From assembly GCA_963799485.1 (NCBI GenBank), contig CAWCXJ010000006.1:32001-96000 (forward strand): 64,000 bases of DNA, read 5' to 3'. The notes under the pieces are model-generated. The model saw nothing but the letters and a program-made list of their open reading frames with translations, had not been told where the DNA came from and did no database searches. Made by a program: the position numbers and the translations under genes. This document shows, piece after piece, positions 20,167 to 30,831 of the stretch (its first letter is position 1; every line of letters begins with the position of its first letter). The DNA comes from an uncultured Trueperaceae bacterium (GTDB lineage Bacteria > Deinococcota > Deinococci > Deinococcales > Trueperaceae).

Positions 20167-20694
20167 TCAAAAATCTTCTGCCGAAAGACCGAAGAGCAGT
20201 AAGTCGAGATAGGCCCCCTGTTGAAAAATCATCCGCTTTTGGGTTCCCTCGAGCTCAAACCTGAGTTTTTGGTGTAACGCAATCGACGCCTCGTTGTTGC
20301 TTTGAACGCTCACATGAACCTTTTGATACCTGAGTTCGCCGAAATAATAGCGCAGCACGAGCGAAACGGCTTCCGCCGCGTAGCCTTTGCGCCGCGCCGC
20401 CGCTGCAATATCGAGGGCGTAGCTAAAGGTGCCGTTTCTAGGATTACAAGTATGCGTGACGATAGACCCGACCCGTTCGCCTGCTTTGTTTTCGATAAGC
20501 CACTGGAAAGCGTCGTCTTCGAGCCCTTTTTGCGATTGTTCCCTGACCCAGACCTCGAGAGCCGCCAGAGACAAAGGCGGCGGCAGAAAATCGAGCAGTC
20601 GGTTGCGTTCGGTGTCCCTTTGCAGCCTAAAGAAGGCCGCGTCATCCGGTTCTATAGCTCTCAGCCTGACCCTTTCACCTTCCCAAAAGTTCAC
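20167..20694 (-). CDS. GNAT acetyltransferase, RimJ/RimL type
   Basis: VRLRAIE, RRKGYAAEA, NEASIALHQKL.F..EG. Confidence 0.8.
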   Translation of the reverse strand: MNFWEGERVRLRAIEPDDAAFFRLQRDTERNRLLDFLPPPLSLAALEVWVREQSQKGLEDDAFQWLIENKAGERVGSIVTHTCNPRNGTFSYALDIAAAARRKGYAAEAVSLVLRYYFGELRYQKVHVSVQSNNEASIALHQKLRFELEGTQKRMIFQQGAYLDLLLFGLSAEDF

Positions 20695-20696
20695 AT

Positions 20697-22290
20697 TCAG
20701 CCCACACCTTCTTGCAACAGCCGCACCGCCGCTGTTGCTCCCGGCGACACTAGGGCGGTAATTTCATCCCCGGCCTCGAGCACCGTGTCCGCCGTGACGA
20801 CCCGTTCGGTCAGCGCCCGTTTGAGCGTCACCAAAATGCAGCCGTTCGGAAGTCCTAGCGTCCTCACCGCTTCGCCGTCAAAAGGTGAACCGGGTTGTAC
20901 CGTCAGCGTCAAGAGAAGCGCACCTTCGTCAGCGACGGGTACCGCGTCTGCTGGCACGTCGCGCTTGAGTTCGCGGGCTAGAGAGCGCTTCGTAAACGGG
21001 CGGTACGCCGAACCCTTCGGCGACCGCATACGCCGTAAAACACGCGAGCATTAAAGGCAGCATCTGCCCGTAGTTGCCGGTCATCTCGACGATAAGCACC
21101 AGACCCGTCAGGGGTGCCCGGACGACCCCCGTAAAAAGCGCCGCCATGCCGACGACCGCGAGCGCTTCGGGATTGATACCGAGCTGCGGAAAACCCATTT
21201 GCGACACCACGCCCAAACCCGTACCGAGCAGCGCCCCGAGCACGAGAATCGGCGCGAAGATACCCCCGGGCGTGCCGATGGCGTAGCTGCCGAGCGTCAA
21301 GACGTAGCGCAGCAGCAAAAGCGGCACGATGGCGATGAGCAGGGTGCGACCGGCGAGCGTCTGTTCGATCAAACCGTCACCGGCGCTGATAACGCCCGGA
21401 AAAAAGATACCGATAGCTGCGACGATGCCGCCGACGCCTGCCGCCGTCACGAGCGGGTTGAAAGGAATCTTGGCGACACCGTCTAGGGTCAAGAGGAGTC
21501 CTTGAGTAAAGGCGATGCTGACAAGACCCGCGAGCGCCCCGAGAACCGGATAGAGAAACAGGGTGCTGAGGGCGGGCGCGGCGTAAAAAGGGATGTCGTA
21601 AACGGGCTGCTGACCGTTGGCCAGGCGCGTCACCACGTCGGCAATCACCGAGGCGATGAGCGCCGCGCCGAAAACGTTCGGGGTAAAGCCGCGCTGGATT
21701 TCCTCGAGCACAAACACCACACCCGCCAAGGGCGCGTTAAACGCGGCGGCGAGGCCCGCACCGCTGCCCGCAGCAATCAGCGCCAGCCGTTCACCGGGAT
21801 TGCTCCGAAAAAACCTTGCCAGCGCCGACCCGAGCGCGCCGCCCATCTGCACCGTCGGCCCCTCGCGCCCGAGCGCCAGCCCGCCGCCGATAGCGAGCAC
21901 CCCACCGACGAACTTGACGGGTAAAAGCCGCCCCGGATTGAGACTCCGCAACCGGTAAAAAACCGCCTTGAGGTGCGGAATGCCGCTCCCGACCGCTTCA
22001 GGTGCAAAACGACGGACTAGAAAAACTGCCAGTGCCGCGCTTCCGGCTCCCCACAAAACGCTTGGCAGCCAGCCCCAGAAGTATTCGTGCGCGTAACTCC
22101 CCAAAACCCCGCGCAAAGCTGTACTCGCTTCCAAAAACCAGCGAAACGCCACGGCTAAAAGTCCGGTTCCGAGCCCCAACAGCGCCGCACGTGGGTAAAC
22201 CCGCCGCCGCTGCGTCCGCATCGCCAGGTAGGTGCGGATTTCGCGGTCGGCGCGGCGGGCGTTCGGGTCTAGCGGAGGCTTCGTTGCCAT
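20697..22290 (-). CDS. clcA: H+/Cl- antiporter ClcA with C-terminal TrkA-C (RCK_C) domain; single frameshift near 20983
   Basis: GSGIP, GREGPT (gating Glu), AFNAPL, EE (proton Glu), GIFAP; TrkA-C-like tail (LGLPNGCILV..KR...DTVLEAGD) in another frame. Confidence 0.85.
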
Positions 22291-22419
22291 CAGTGCATCA
22301 TAAGCCGTTCTACAGCGCCTTAACAGGGTGTTTTACCCGCCGGGCCTACGCCGAACCAGTGAACAGGCTAAAATGCGGATGGTTTTTTGCTACTCAACAT
22401 TTAGCTGATGGAGGCTGAA

Positions 22420-23355
22420 ATGACGTTAGCAGGCAAAGTGGCGGTCGTTGCCGGGGCGACGCGCGGCGCAGGGCGCGGTATCGCCGTAGAACTCGGCGCA
22501 GCGGGCGCAACCGTCTACTGCACGGGCCGCAGCGTGCGCGGGCGTCCGTCGGACATGAACCGCTCTGAAACCATCGACGAGACCGCCGAGCTGGTGACAA
22601 AAGCCGGGGGTCGAGGTATCGCAGTGCAGACCGACCACACGCACGAAACGGAGGTCAAAGCCCTTTTTGAGCGCGTCAAAACCGAGCAAAACGGGCAGCT
22701 CGACCTGTTGGTCAACGATGTCTGGGGCGGCGAGTCGCTTATCAGCTGGGGCAAGCCGTTTTGGGAACAGGACTTGGCAGCGGCGGCGAAGCTCATTGAA
22801 CGTGCCGTTTTCAGCCACATCATCACCAGCCGTTACGGGGTACCGCCGATGGTTGCGCGAGGCCGGGGACTCATCATCGAGATTACCGACGGGGACACCT
22901 TGGAGTACCGGGGCAACTTTTTGTACGACTTTGTAAAAACGTCGGTGATTCGCTTGGCGGTCGGGATGGCGGCTGACCTAAGTGGCAACACGACAACCGC
23001 CTCAGGTAGAGATGTTGCACAGCCCAAAACGAACGTCACAGCGTTGGCGCTGACGCCGGGATATTTGCGTTCGGAGGAGATGTTAGACCACTTCGGCGTC
23101 ACAGAAGAAAACTGGCAAGACGGCGCGAAAAAAGACCCATATTTTATTACATCAGAAACGCCTCTTTATACGGGGCGGGCAGTTGCAGCATTAGCAGCTG
23201 ATTCAAAGGTACACGAGAAAACAGGCAAGGCTTTTTACACGGGTAACTTGGCTACCGAGTACGGTTTTACGGATACAAACGGAACTCAACCCAACTTTCA
23301 AACTTTTTTCAAAGAGATGAAGCTTAAAGAGCCGGCGCTAGGGCAGGCTGAGTGA
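22420..23355 (+). CDS. SDR oxidoreductase (DHRS1-like)
   Basis: VAGATRGAGRGIA, LVNDVWG, YDFVK, TPGYLRSE; GGAGG RBS. Confidence 0.85.
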   Translation: MTLAGKVAVVAGATRGAGRGIAVELGAAGATVYCTGRSVRGRPSDMNRSETIDETAELVTKAGGRGIAVQTDHTHETEVKALFERVKTEQNGQLDLLVNDVWGGESLISWGKPFWEQDLAAAAKLIERAVFSHIITSRYGVPPMVARGRGLIIEITDGDTLEYRGNFLYDFVKTSVIRLAVGMAADLSGNTTTASGRDVAQPKTNVTALALTPGYLRSEEMLDHFGVTEENWQDGAKKDPYFITSETPLYTGRAVAALAADSKVHEKTGKAFYTGNLATEYGFTDTNGTQPNFQTFFKEMKLKEPALGQAE

Positions 23356-23386
23356 GACCGCTCGAGCCGCTCGGAAATCCCGTAGG

Positions 23387-23755
23387 TTACTCGAGTTCTC
23401 CCCGCGTAAACCACGCCGCTTCCGGTTCGACCGTTTCGGCAACGGCGGGGCCGGTGTCGCTCCACGCCTGATTGTCCAGCGTCATCAGCGCCGTAACTTC
23501 CATATCGTGGTCGCACAAAAGCTGACACGACAAGCGGTATTCCGGCGCGTTGCTACCGGCGAGACCCAGCTTGGCAAACTCGGCTTTGGTGTATGTGTCC
23601 GGTTCACCCGAGGCGAACGTGACGCGGCAGGTGGTGCAGCGCGCCTTGCCGCCGCAGCGGTGCCCGATAGGAACGCCCGCAGCTTCTATAGCCCGGACGA
23701 GGCGCATATCTTCTGAAACCTCGAGGCTTTGACCCGCAACTTTAAGTGTCGGCAT
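23387..23755 (-). CDS. 2Fe-2S ferredoxin
   Basis: CGGKARCTTC and RLSCQ. Confidence 0.85.
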   Translation of the reverse strand: MPTLKVAGQSLEVSEDMRLVRAIEAAGVPIGHRCGGKARCTTCRVTFASGEPDTYTKAEFAKLGLAGSNAPEYRLSCQLLCDHDMEVTALMTLDNQAWSDTGPAVAETVEPEAAWFTRGELE

Positions 23756-23762
23756 AGTTCTC

Positions 23763-24536
23763 CTATTCGGACTGCGAGGCCCACAAAGTAGCCCCGACGA
23801 TACCCGCTTCGTTGAGCAGCTCCGCCGGAACGACGGGCGTCTCGAGTTTCAAAAACTCCGCAAATTTCTCGCTCTTTTTGCTGACGCCGCCGCCCAGAAT
23901 AAACAGGTCGGGCGAGAAGATGAACTCGAGGTGTTCCAGAAACTTGTTTACCCGTTTGCCCCATTTTTTCCACGAGAGGTCGTCGTCTTTACGTACCCGG
24001 TCGGCAGCCCACGCTTCGGCCTCCTGGCCTCCCTCTAAAAACAGGTGTCCGAACTCGGTGTTCGGGACGAGCTTGCCGTCCTGAAGCATTGCGCTGCCGA
24101 TGCCGGTACCGAACGTCAGGAGGATAACGACGCCCTCTTTGCCTTTGCCCGCACCGAAAGTCGCCTCGGCGATGCCGGCGGCGTCGGCGTCGTTTAAGAG
24201 ATGAACTTCGCAACCGGTCGTTTCGGTAAAGAGTGCGTCGGCGTCGAAACCGATCCAGCTTTTATCGACGTTCGCCGCCGAGAGCGTGACGCCGCGTTTG
24301 ACGATAGCCGGGAAGGTGCAGCCGACGACCCCCTTGTAATCAAAGAACTTGACGACTTCGGCGACCGTTTCGGCGACGGCTCCAGGGGTCGAGGGTTGCG
24401 GGGTCTCGATGCGGTGGCGCTCGGTTACGAGGTCGCCGGTGCCCGGGTCGACGAGCGCCCCCTTGATGCCCGAGCCGCCGATGTCGATACCGAGGAGCGG
24501 TTGCGTGTCTTTGGAGGATGCCTTTTTACGAGCCAC
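23763..24536 (-). CDS. ppgK: Polyphosphate glucokinase (ROK family)
   Basis: [50 protein letters not shown] 24536 has CATAAT 6 nt upstream (the 416-aa track ORF is over-extended). Confidence 0.88.
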   Translation of the reverse strand: MARKKASSKDTQPLLGIDIGGSGIKGALVDPGTGDLVTERHRIETPQPSTPGAVAETVAEVVKFFDYKGVVGCTFPAIVKRGVTLSAANVDKSWIGFDADALFTETTGCEVHLLNDADAAGIAEATFGAGKGKEGVVILLTFGTGIGSAMLQDGKLVPNTEFGHLFLEGGQEAEAWAADRVRKDDDLSWKKWGKRVNKFLEHLEFIFSPDLFILGGGVSKKSEKFAEFLKLETPVVPAELLNEAGIVGATLWASQSE

Positions 24537-24698
24537 AGGAACATTATGCCTTATTCGCGGCGTGCCCGGTACAGGCCAGGACGTTTTTACGTGACGGACG
24601 CGCCCCAGGTCGTTCTTTGGGCAAGCTGTGGTGGCGAGTGCAAGGTAAGGCAACGTCCGGGGCGGCGCGTCCCCGTAAAGTAAGCCCTGGAGGGCAAG

Positions 24699-25511
24699 AT
24701 GAAATACGTCAACGTTCAAGGGGTGTCGGTGCCGGCGCTCGGTTTGGGTACCTGGGATTTGCGCGGCGAAAACTGTACCGAAGCGGTTTTGCACGCGCTT
24801 TCGCTCGGTTACCGGCACATCGATACGGCGCAAGGCTACGACAACGAAGAGTTTGTCGGCGAAGGGTTGCAAAAAGCCGGTATTTCCCGCGAAGAGATTT
24901 TTTTGGTAACGAAGATCAAACCGGACAACTTCAGCCGTGAACAGGTACTTGTCAGCACCGCCGAAAGCCTCGGCAAGCTGCAGACCGACTATGTAGACCT
25001 GCTGCTGCTGCACTGGCCCAACCCGGACGTACCACTGGGTGAAACGCTGGGGGCAGTTTTAGAGTTGCGCGAACAGGGTGCAGTGCGGCATATCGGCGTC
25101 AGCAACTTTCCCTCGAGGCTGGTGGGCGAAGCTCAGGAAATCGCGCCCATCTTTGCCAATCAGGTCGAGTATCACCCGTATTTGGGGCAAGAAGTGTTGC
25201 GCGAGCAGGCGAAAACGCAAGACTATCTGCTGACCGCTTACAGCCCCATCGCGCAAGGTAAGGTCACGGGCGACCCGGTACTTGAAGAAATCGGTGAGGC
25301 GCACGGCAAAAGTCCGGTTCAGGTGACGCTGCGCTGGCTGCTGCAGCAAGACCAGGTGGCGGCCATTCCCAAGTCCGCGTCGGAGAAAAATCGCGTCAGC
25401 AATTTTGAGATTTTCGACTTTGAACTTTCCGAAGGCGAGATGGCGCGTATCTTCGCTTTGGCGCGTGCTGAGCGGATGGTTGCGCCGGAGGACGGGCCGG
25501 ACTGGGATTAG
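24699..25511 (+). CDS. Aldo/keto reductase (DkgA/B-like)
   Basis: [38 protein letters not shown]. Confidence 0.9.
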   Translation: MKYVNVQGVSVPALGLGTWDLRGENCTEAVLHALSLGYRHIDTAQGYDNEEFVGEGLQKAGISREEIFLVTKIKPDNFSREQVLVSTAESLGKLQTDYVDLLLLHWPNPDVPLGETLGAVLELREQGAVRHIGVSNFPSRLVGEAQEIAPIFANQVEYHPYLGQEVLREQAKTQDYLLTAYSPIAQGKVTGDPVLEEIGEAHGKSPVQVTLRWLLQQDQVAAIPKSASEKNRVSNFEIFDFELSEGEMARIFALARAERMVAPEDGPDWD

Positions 25512-25550
25512 CCGGGGTTAAACGTCGAAAGCCGGGGCTCGAGTCCTGCT

Positions 25551-25907
25551 TTAGTGCGGGTTCTCGAGCTTTAGCGGTGCTTCGACCTTTAGGTCGGGAG
25601 CGCGTGAATCTTGAATCACCTGATGAACCTCCAGCACGTTGCGCCCGGAAAACGCCTCTTTCGGCAGGGTACTGCTCTTGGCGTGCCCTTCACGAAACGC
25701 CTCAGAACTCGTCCACGTTTCAAAACTCGCGTAAGACTCCCAATAAGTGAGGACGATGTACGGTTGACCCGCGCTACTTGGACGCAGCACCTGATTAAAC
25801 AAAAACCCCGGCATACTGTCGACGAGTCCGGCACGGTTGGCAAAACGTTCTTCAAAGGCTTCGGCGTAGTCGGGATTGACGAAAATGCGGTTGGCGACGC
25901 TGATCAC
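25551..25907 (-). CDS. ABM-domain monooxygenase, IsdG/HmoA-like (possible heme degradation)
   Basis: N-terminal Asn (VANR), FEERF, MPGF, W..S.AF..GH. Confidence 0.7.
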   Translation of the reverse strand: MISVANRIFVNPDYAEAFEERFANRAGLVDSMPGFLFNQVLRPSSAGQPYIVLTYWESYASFETWTSSEAFREGHAKSSTLPKEAFSGRNVLEVHQVIQDSRAPDLKVEAPLKLENPH

Positions 25908-26165
25908 AAGAACCTCCAGAACTTTAGCGTAGCACTGATTTTCTGTGCCTGAGCACTTTTACGACGAACCGTTGCCGCTCAGGGTCGGCTTCAGGGTGTG
26001 CCGGTTCTCACGGGGCTGTAAGTTAAGGGAAACTCGACGTTTCGGTAAGCACTCAAGACCGGAATCAGCTCAACAGAAAGACAACCCCCAAACTTCTACC
26101 GACAAGTTCAGGGTGACGTGTATAAGGTTTGGGCTCGAGCTGGCTTCAGGCTGTAGACTAAAATC

Positions 26166-27140
26166 GTGCCGGACGAACCTACTCAGCCGCAGGTAGCAAA
26201 ATCCTGCTGCGCGGTTTCTCGAGCCGCCGGCGACGTTCAGGTTCCTGCTAACGCCGCGCCGACACCTATTAAAGCGCGGAGCCGACTGGCAGAAGGCACT
26301 ACCGACATGGTGCAGCTTCCGGGCGGACGTTTTCTGATGGGTAGCGAAGACGACAGCTTTCCAGGAGACGGCGAAGGTCCGGTTCGTGAGGTTACGCTCA
26401 GACCCTTCTGGATCGACCGCTACGCCGTCACCAACGCTGCCTTTGCCGAGTTCGTCGAAGCGACAGGTTATCAGACCGAGGCGGAACACTTCGGCTGGTC
26501 GTTCGTTTTTTACGGCCTTTTGCCCGAGGACTTTCCGCCGACGCGCGGCGTCGCGCAAACCCCGTGGTGGCGACAGGTTTACGGCGCAAGCTGGGCGCGT
26601 CCGGAAGGGCCACAATCTTCTGTAAATAAGCGCCTCGACCATCCGGTCGTCCACGTTTCGTGGAACGACGCGGCGGCGTATGCAAGGTGGCTGGGTAAAC
26701 GGCTGCCGACCGAGGCCGAATGGGAGTTTGCCGCGCGGGGCGGTTTGGAAGGCAAACGCTATCCGTGGGGCGACCGGCTCACGCCGGACAAAAAACACCG
26801 CTGTAACATCTGGCAGGGGACGTTTCCGACAAAAAATACCGGCAAAGACGGATTTTACGGGACTGCGCCGGTTGACGCGTTCGAGCCGAACGGCTACGGA
26901 CTCTATAACGCGGTCGGCAACACCTGGGAGTGGTGCCGGGACTTCTGGAGCCCGGACTATCGCCTCGGCGGTGCCTGTGAAAACCCGTCAGGGCCGCCCG
27001 CAGGAGCAACGAGAGTCGTCAAGGGTGGGTCGCACCTTTGTCACGCGTCGTATTGCAACCGTTACCGCGTTGCGGCCCGGACGCACAACACGCCGGACAG
27101 CACACTCGGGCACACGGGGTTTCGGCTGGTACGCAGTTAA
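26166..27140 (+). CDS. Formylglycine-generating enzyme (SUMF1/FGE)
   Basis: HPVVHVSWNDA, RLPTEAEWE, GNTWEW, KGGSHLCHASYCNRYRVAAR with the active-site Cys residues. Confidence 0.9.
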   Translation: MPDEPTQPQVAKSCCAVSRAAGDVQVPANAAPTPIKARSRLAEGTTDMVQLPGGRFLMGSEDDSFPGDGEGPVREVTLRPFWIDRYAVTNAAFAEFVEATGYQTEAEHFGWSFVFYGLLPEDFPPTRGVAQTPWWRQVYGASWARPEGPQSSVNKRLDHPVVHVSWNDAAAYARWLGKRLPTEAEWEFAARGGLEGKRYPWGDRLTPDKKHRCNIWQGTFPTKNTGKDGFYGTAPVDAFEPNGYGLYNAVGNTWEWCRDFWSPDYRLGGACENPSGPPAGATRVVKGGSHLCHASYCNRYRVAARTHNTPDSTLGHTGFRLVRS

Positions 27141-28072
27141 CTCCGAGCTTCGGCGAGCGCTCTCTCGGCTTCTGCCAACGTTGGTTGATAGGTCGTGCCG
27201 CCCGCGCCGCGCGCCGAAAGCGAACCGCACGCACAGGCAAGTCTTAGAGAACGCTCGAGCGCCCATCCCCCAAGGTACCCGTACAAAAAGCCGGCGTTAA
27301 ACGAATCACCCGCCCCGGTGGTATCGACGATTTCGACTTTCAGGGGCGGAGCCGTCACGCTCTGCTCACCCTGCCGCGCCACTGCGCCCTGCGCGCCTGC
27401 TTTGACGGCAATCGTCGGTACTTGTACGCCCAGAGTAGCCAACGCAGCCTCGAGTTCTGCTTGCCCGGTAATTTTGAGCAATTCTTGTTCGTTCGGCAAA
27501 AATACGTCGCAAACCGGCCAGAGCTTTGTCAAACCAGTGTCCCAGCGCCCGCTCGGGTCCCAGTTGGTATCTAACGAAGTGCTAAGGCCCTGCGCTTTGG
27601 CCCGCCCGAACAGCTCGGGCAGGTCGCGGCGGAGCGACTCGAGGAGAAAATAGCCACCGACATGAAGGTGGCGGGCGCGGGCCAGCACCTTCATGTCAAT
27701 GTCGCCGAGGCCGAGCCTGGCGATACTTCCGGGAAAGGTCAGGATGGCGCGGTCGGCGGGTTGCGAGAGGATGACGCTAAACCCCGTTTGTACCGAAGTG
27801 TCTACTTGGCAGCTCGCGGTGTCGATACCTCGAGCGCGCATCGCGTCCAGCATAAAGCGACCGAATATGTCGTCCCCGACAACCCCGGTAAATGCGGTTC
27901 GAAGCCCCAAACGCGCCGCGCCGCAGGCGACCATCACCGACGATGAGCCGATAGTGAGTAGGGCGTCGTCAACGAGCTTTTCAGCCTGCCCGAAGGCGGG
28001 CGTCAGGTCACCGCCGCGCAAGATGAGGTCGGGGTTGATTTCACCAACGACGAGGAGGTCGTACTCAAGCAT
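27137..28072 (-). CDS. PfkB family carbohydrate kinase
   Basis: GSSS..A.GAARLG, VGDD.FG, PNEQE, DTTGAGDSFNAG; AAGGAG RBS. Confidence 0.9.
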   Translation of the reverse strand: MLEYDLLVVGEINPDLILRGGDLTPAFGQAEKLVDDALLTIGSSSVMVACGAARLGLRTAFTGVVGDDIFGRFMLDAMRARGIDTASCQVDTSVQTGFSVILSQPADRAILTFPGSIARLGLGDIDMKVLARARHLHVGGYFLLESLRRDLPELFGRAKAQGLSTSLDTNWDPSGRWDTGLTKLWPVCDVFLPNEQELLKITGQAELEAALATLGVQVPTIAVKAGAQGAVARQGEQSVTAPPLKVEIVDTTGAGDSFNAGFLYGYLGGWALERSLRLACACGSLSARGAGGTTYQPTLAEAERALAEARS

Positions 28073-28099
28073 TACCAAGTCTCCTTTTGAAATCGTCAC

Positions 28100-28550
28100 C
28101 TAAAAAGTCCCGGCACCCGCTCGAGAAGTTGTACTGCCAGCGCCGCTGCTTGGCTGCCGCGCCGTCTACAACTGTCCGCCGCAAGGTGTAGCTACCTGTA
28201 AAATGCCGCGCTCCGCCGGTCGTGGGCTGAGATAGTGACCGGGACGGTGACGTATCTCGAGCCCGCCGCCCCCTCCACCCGCCCCGGTTTGCCGACCTTT
28301 ACGGCGACGCGCGCCGTTTCTGCAAAGCCCGCCGTAAACTCTCTAAACGTCTGCCCACTCGCCGCGCCGTTTCCGCTCCACAAGTTGTAAGCCTGCCGAA
28401 ACTTATGAGCGTTGATGGCGGTGTAGTAGCTTTGGATGACGGCGACGGGTGAGGTTAGAGGCGTGGGGCTCGAGGTCACAGATACTTGGGACACTGGGGT
28501 ACACATCCAAAACTGAGTACGGAAAAAAGCAGACCGAAAAGCGTGTTCAT
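28100..28550 (-). pseudogene. Putative lipoprotein of unknown function, frameshifted; 3' end approximate
   Basis: ATG 28550 gives lipobox MNTLFGLLFSVLSFGC; continues in other frames as YYTAIN...AYNLW...EGAAGSRYV and FTGSYTLRRTVVDGA. Confidence 0.55.
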
Positions 28551-28573
28551 CCCGGTATGTTAGCGCCTCGACC

Positions 28574-29905
28574 CTAAGCGTTCACTCTTTCCGGCTCCGG
28601 GTTCATAAACGCCGGTAAGTACGCCTTTTGCGCCGCCGCCATCTCGTCAAACATGCTGCGGATTTCCTCTAACGAACAAACCGCCGCCGTCAGCGGGTCA
28701 ATCATCAGGGCGTGAACGGCGGCTTCGCGGTCTCCCTCCAAAACTGCGGTCGCCACCAGGTCGTGAAACGCCATGTGCGGCTGGTCTAAGGCCGCCAGAT
28801 GCGTCGGCAGTGAGCCGAAATGCGTCGGTTGCACACCTTTCTTATCCACCAGACACGCCACCTCGACCACGCCTTGCGGCAAATTATCGATCAGGCCGGT
28901 GTTCGGCACGTTGCCGTAAATCACCTGCGGTTTGCCCGTTTCCATACTTTCGATGATGTACGACGCATATTCGGGGCCACGCGCCATGTCGAAGTCTTCT
29001 CTGCCTGCCATCGCGCTTTCCAACTCGTGAAGGTATTCTTCTCTCCACCTCGGCCAGTTGTTCGCGTAGTAGCCGCTCTCGCCCTCGTAGCCGCTCCGCA
29101 TGTACTTTTCGATGAGGTCGGGGCGTTTACGAAAGTAGGCGGTGTATTCGGACGTATGCCCGCTCGATTCGGTGACGAACGCGCCCAGGTGTTTCATCAT
29201 CTCGAAGCGCACCGGGTCGCGTTCGTAGATTTCGGGGTGTTGTTTGATGCGTTCCCGTAAAACAGGGTAGAGGTCTTGTCCGGCGCGCCCCAACCTCACA
29301 ATCCACGCCAGATGATTGATCCCCGCCCCCTGCCAGTCGATCTCTTCGTAAGGGATATCCAAGTATTCGGCGAGCTGATGCGTCGTGTGCTGAATGCTGT
29401 GGCAGAGTCCGACAATCGGCAATTTTGATGCTCTCACGCCGGTTAAAACGGTTAGTGACATCGGGTTGGTGTAGTTCAGCACCAGCGCGTTCGGTGCGAG
29501 CCTTTCGGTGTCCCGTAAAATCTCTATCCAGGCGGGCAACGTCCGCAAAGCCTTGAATAAACCCCCCGGCCCGATGGTGTCGCCGATGCACTGGTCAACG
29601 CCGTACTTTAACGGAATGTCGTAGTCGTGCCGGACGTTTTCCAGCCCCGAAACCTCAACCGAGTTAATCAGATAATCCGTACCGGGCAAGAGTTTCGTTC
29701 TATCGGTTGAGGCTTCGACGTTCCAGTTGCGACCCGTTTTGCTGACGAGCCACTCGGTCATCTTGTGAGCGACCTCGAGCCTACTTTCGTCTATATCAAC
29801 TAAGGCAAACGTTCCGGTCTCGAGTCCCGGCGTCGCCAGAATGTCTTTGATAATTTCGGCAGCAAATACAGCGCTGCCTGCGCCTATGAGCGTTACTTTG
29901 GGCAT
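28574..29905 (-). CDS. melA: Alpha-galactosidase, glycoside hydrolase family 4
   Basis: IGAGS, IGDTIGPGG, NYTNP, GLCHS, GINH, TESSGH. Confidence 0.88.
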   Translation of the reverse strand: MPKVTLIGAGSAVFAAEIIKDILATPGLETGTFALVDIDESRLEVAHKMTEWLVSKTGRNWNVEASTDRTKLLPGTDYLINSVEVSGLENVRHDYDIPLKYGVDQCIGDTIGPGGLFKALRTLPAWIEILRDTERLAPNALVLNYTNPMSLTVLTGVRASKLPIVGLCHSIQHTTHQLAEYLDIPYEEIDWQGAGINHLAWIVRLGRAGQDLYPVLRERIKQHPEIYERDPVRFEMMKHLGAFVTESSGHTSEYTAYFRKRPDLIEKYMRSGYEGESGYYANNWPRWREEYLHELESAMAGREDFDMARGPEYASYIIESMETGKPQVIYGNVPNTGLIDNLPQGVVEVACLVDKKGVQPTHFGSLPTHLAALDQPHMAFHDLVATAVLEGDREAAVHALMIDPLTAAVCSLEEIRSMFDEMAAAQKAYLPAFMNPEPERVNA

Positions 29906-29931
29906 GAGGTTCCTTTCAGAAGTTAGGAGGA

Positions 29932-29999
29932 AGAAGGGAGAATACAGAATGCAGAATTGAGACTTTTACGTTCTCCCTCCTGTGTTCTACATTCTGCTT
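29932..29999. repeat. Imperfect inverted repeat built from heptamer-like (GCAGAAT) units
   Basis: gaatacagaatgcagaattg ... ttctacattctgc between the permease and melA. Confidence 0.5.
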
Positions 30000-30830
30000 T
30001 TACTTCACCCCCGAGAGCGCAATCCCTTCGATAAACTGCTTTTGTGCGAAGAAAAAGACAATCACAATCGGCGCGATGCTGACCGTCACGCCCGCCATCA
30101 TCACCGCCCAGCGCCCGCTGTACTGCGCCTGAAAGAGTGCCAGCCCGACGGGTAGGGTGGTCTTCTCCAAATCGCTCGGCAGGTAGATTAGGGGGCCGAA
30201 GAGGTCGTTCCACGAGAACAAGAAGGTAAAAATCGCCAGCGCCGCCAGCGCCGGACGTGCCAGCGGCAGGTAGATACGCCAGTAGATTGTCCACAGCGAC
30301 GCGCCGTCAATCCGGGCCGCTTCTGCGAGTTCGCCGGGAATCGTCAGAAAGTATTGCCGTAAAAGAAACGTCCCGAACGCGCCGCCTAAAAATGCGGGTA
30401 GGTACAAGGGAATCTGCGTACCGTAAAGCCCCAAAAAGCGGTAGATGATGAAGTTGGGAATCAAGGTCACCTGAAAGGGGATCATCAGCGTCACCAGCAG
30501 CAAGACGAAGAGCGCGTTACGGCCCCGAAACTTTACGGCGGCAAAGGCGAAGCCCGCCATCGAACAGGTTAAAAGTTGGCCCAGCGCCGAGAGCGAGGCG
30601 ATTTTGAAGCTGTTCCAGATAAGCCGGGTAAACGGGAGTGCGTCCCAGAGGCCGGTGTAGTTATCAAGCGTCACCGGGTCGGGGATGAGCGTGCGCGAGA
30701 ACTGGTCGGCGGGTTCTTTGAGCGACGTTGAAATCATCCACACGAACGGCCCAGCCATGATGAGTGCGCCAAAAATGAGAAGCGTGTAGGTTAGGGCGTC
30801 GAATAAGCGGTCTCGAGTTTTTATGCTCAC
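30000..30830 (-). CDS. Carbohydrate ABC transporter permease (MalG type)
   Basis: EAARIDGAS loop, WNDLFGPL, about 6 TM segments. Confidence 0.9.
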   Translation of the reverse strand: MSIKTRDRLFDALTYTLLIFGALIMAGPFVWMISTSLKEPADQFSRTLIPDPVTLDNYTGLWDALPFTRLIWNSFKIASLSALGQLLTCSMAGFAFAAVKFRGRNALFVLLLVTLMIPFQVTLIPNFIIYRFLGLYGTQIPLYLPAFLGGAFGTFLLRQYFLTIPGELAEAARIDGASLWTIYWRIYLPLARPALAALAIFTFLFSWNDLFGPLIYLPSDLEKTTLPVGLALFQAQYSGRWAVMMAGVTVSIAPIVIVFFFAQKQFIEGIALSGVK

Positions 30831-30831
30831 A

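Noticed and set aside
24537..25013. N-terminal extension making ppgK 416 aa
   Set aside because: Overlaps the divergent aldo/keto reductase; a better GTG start with a -10 hexamer lies at 24536
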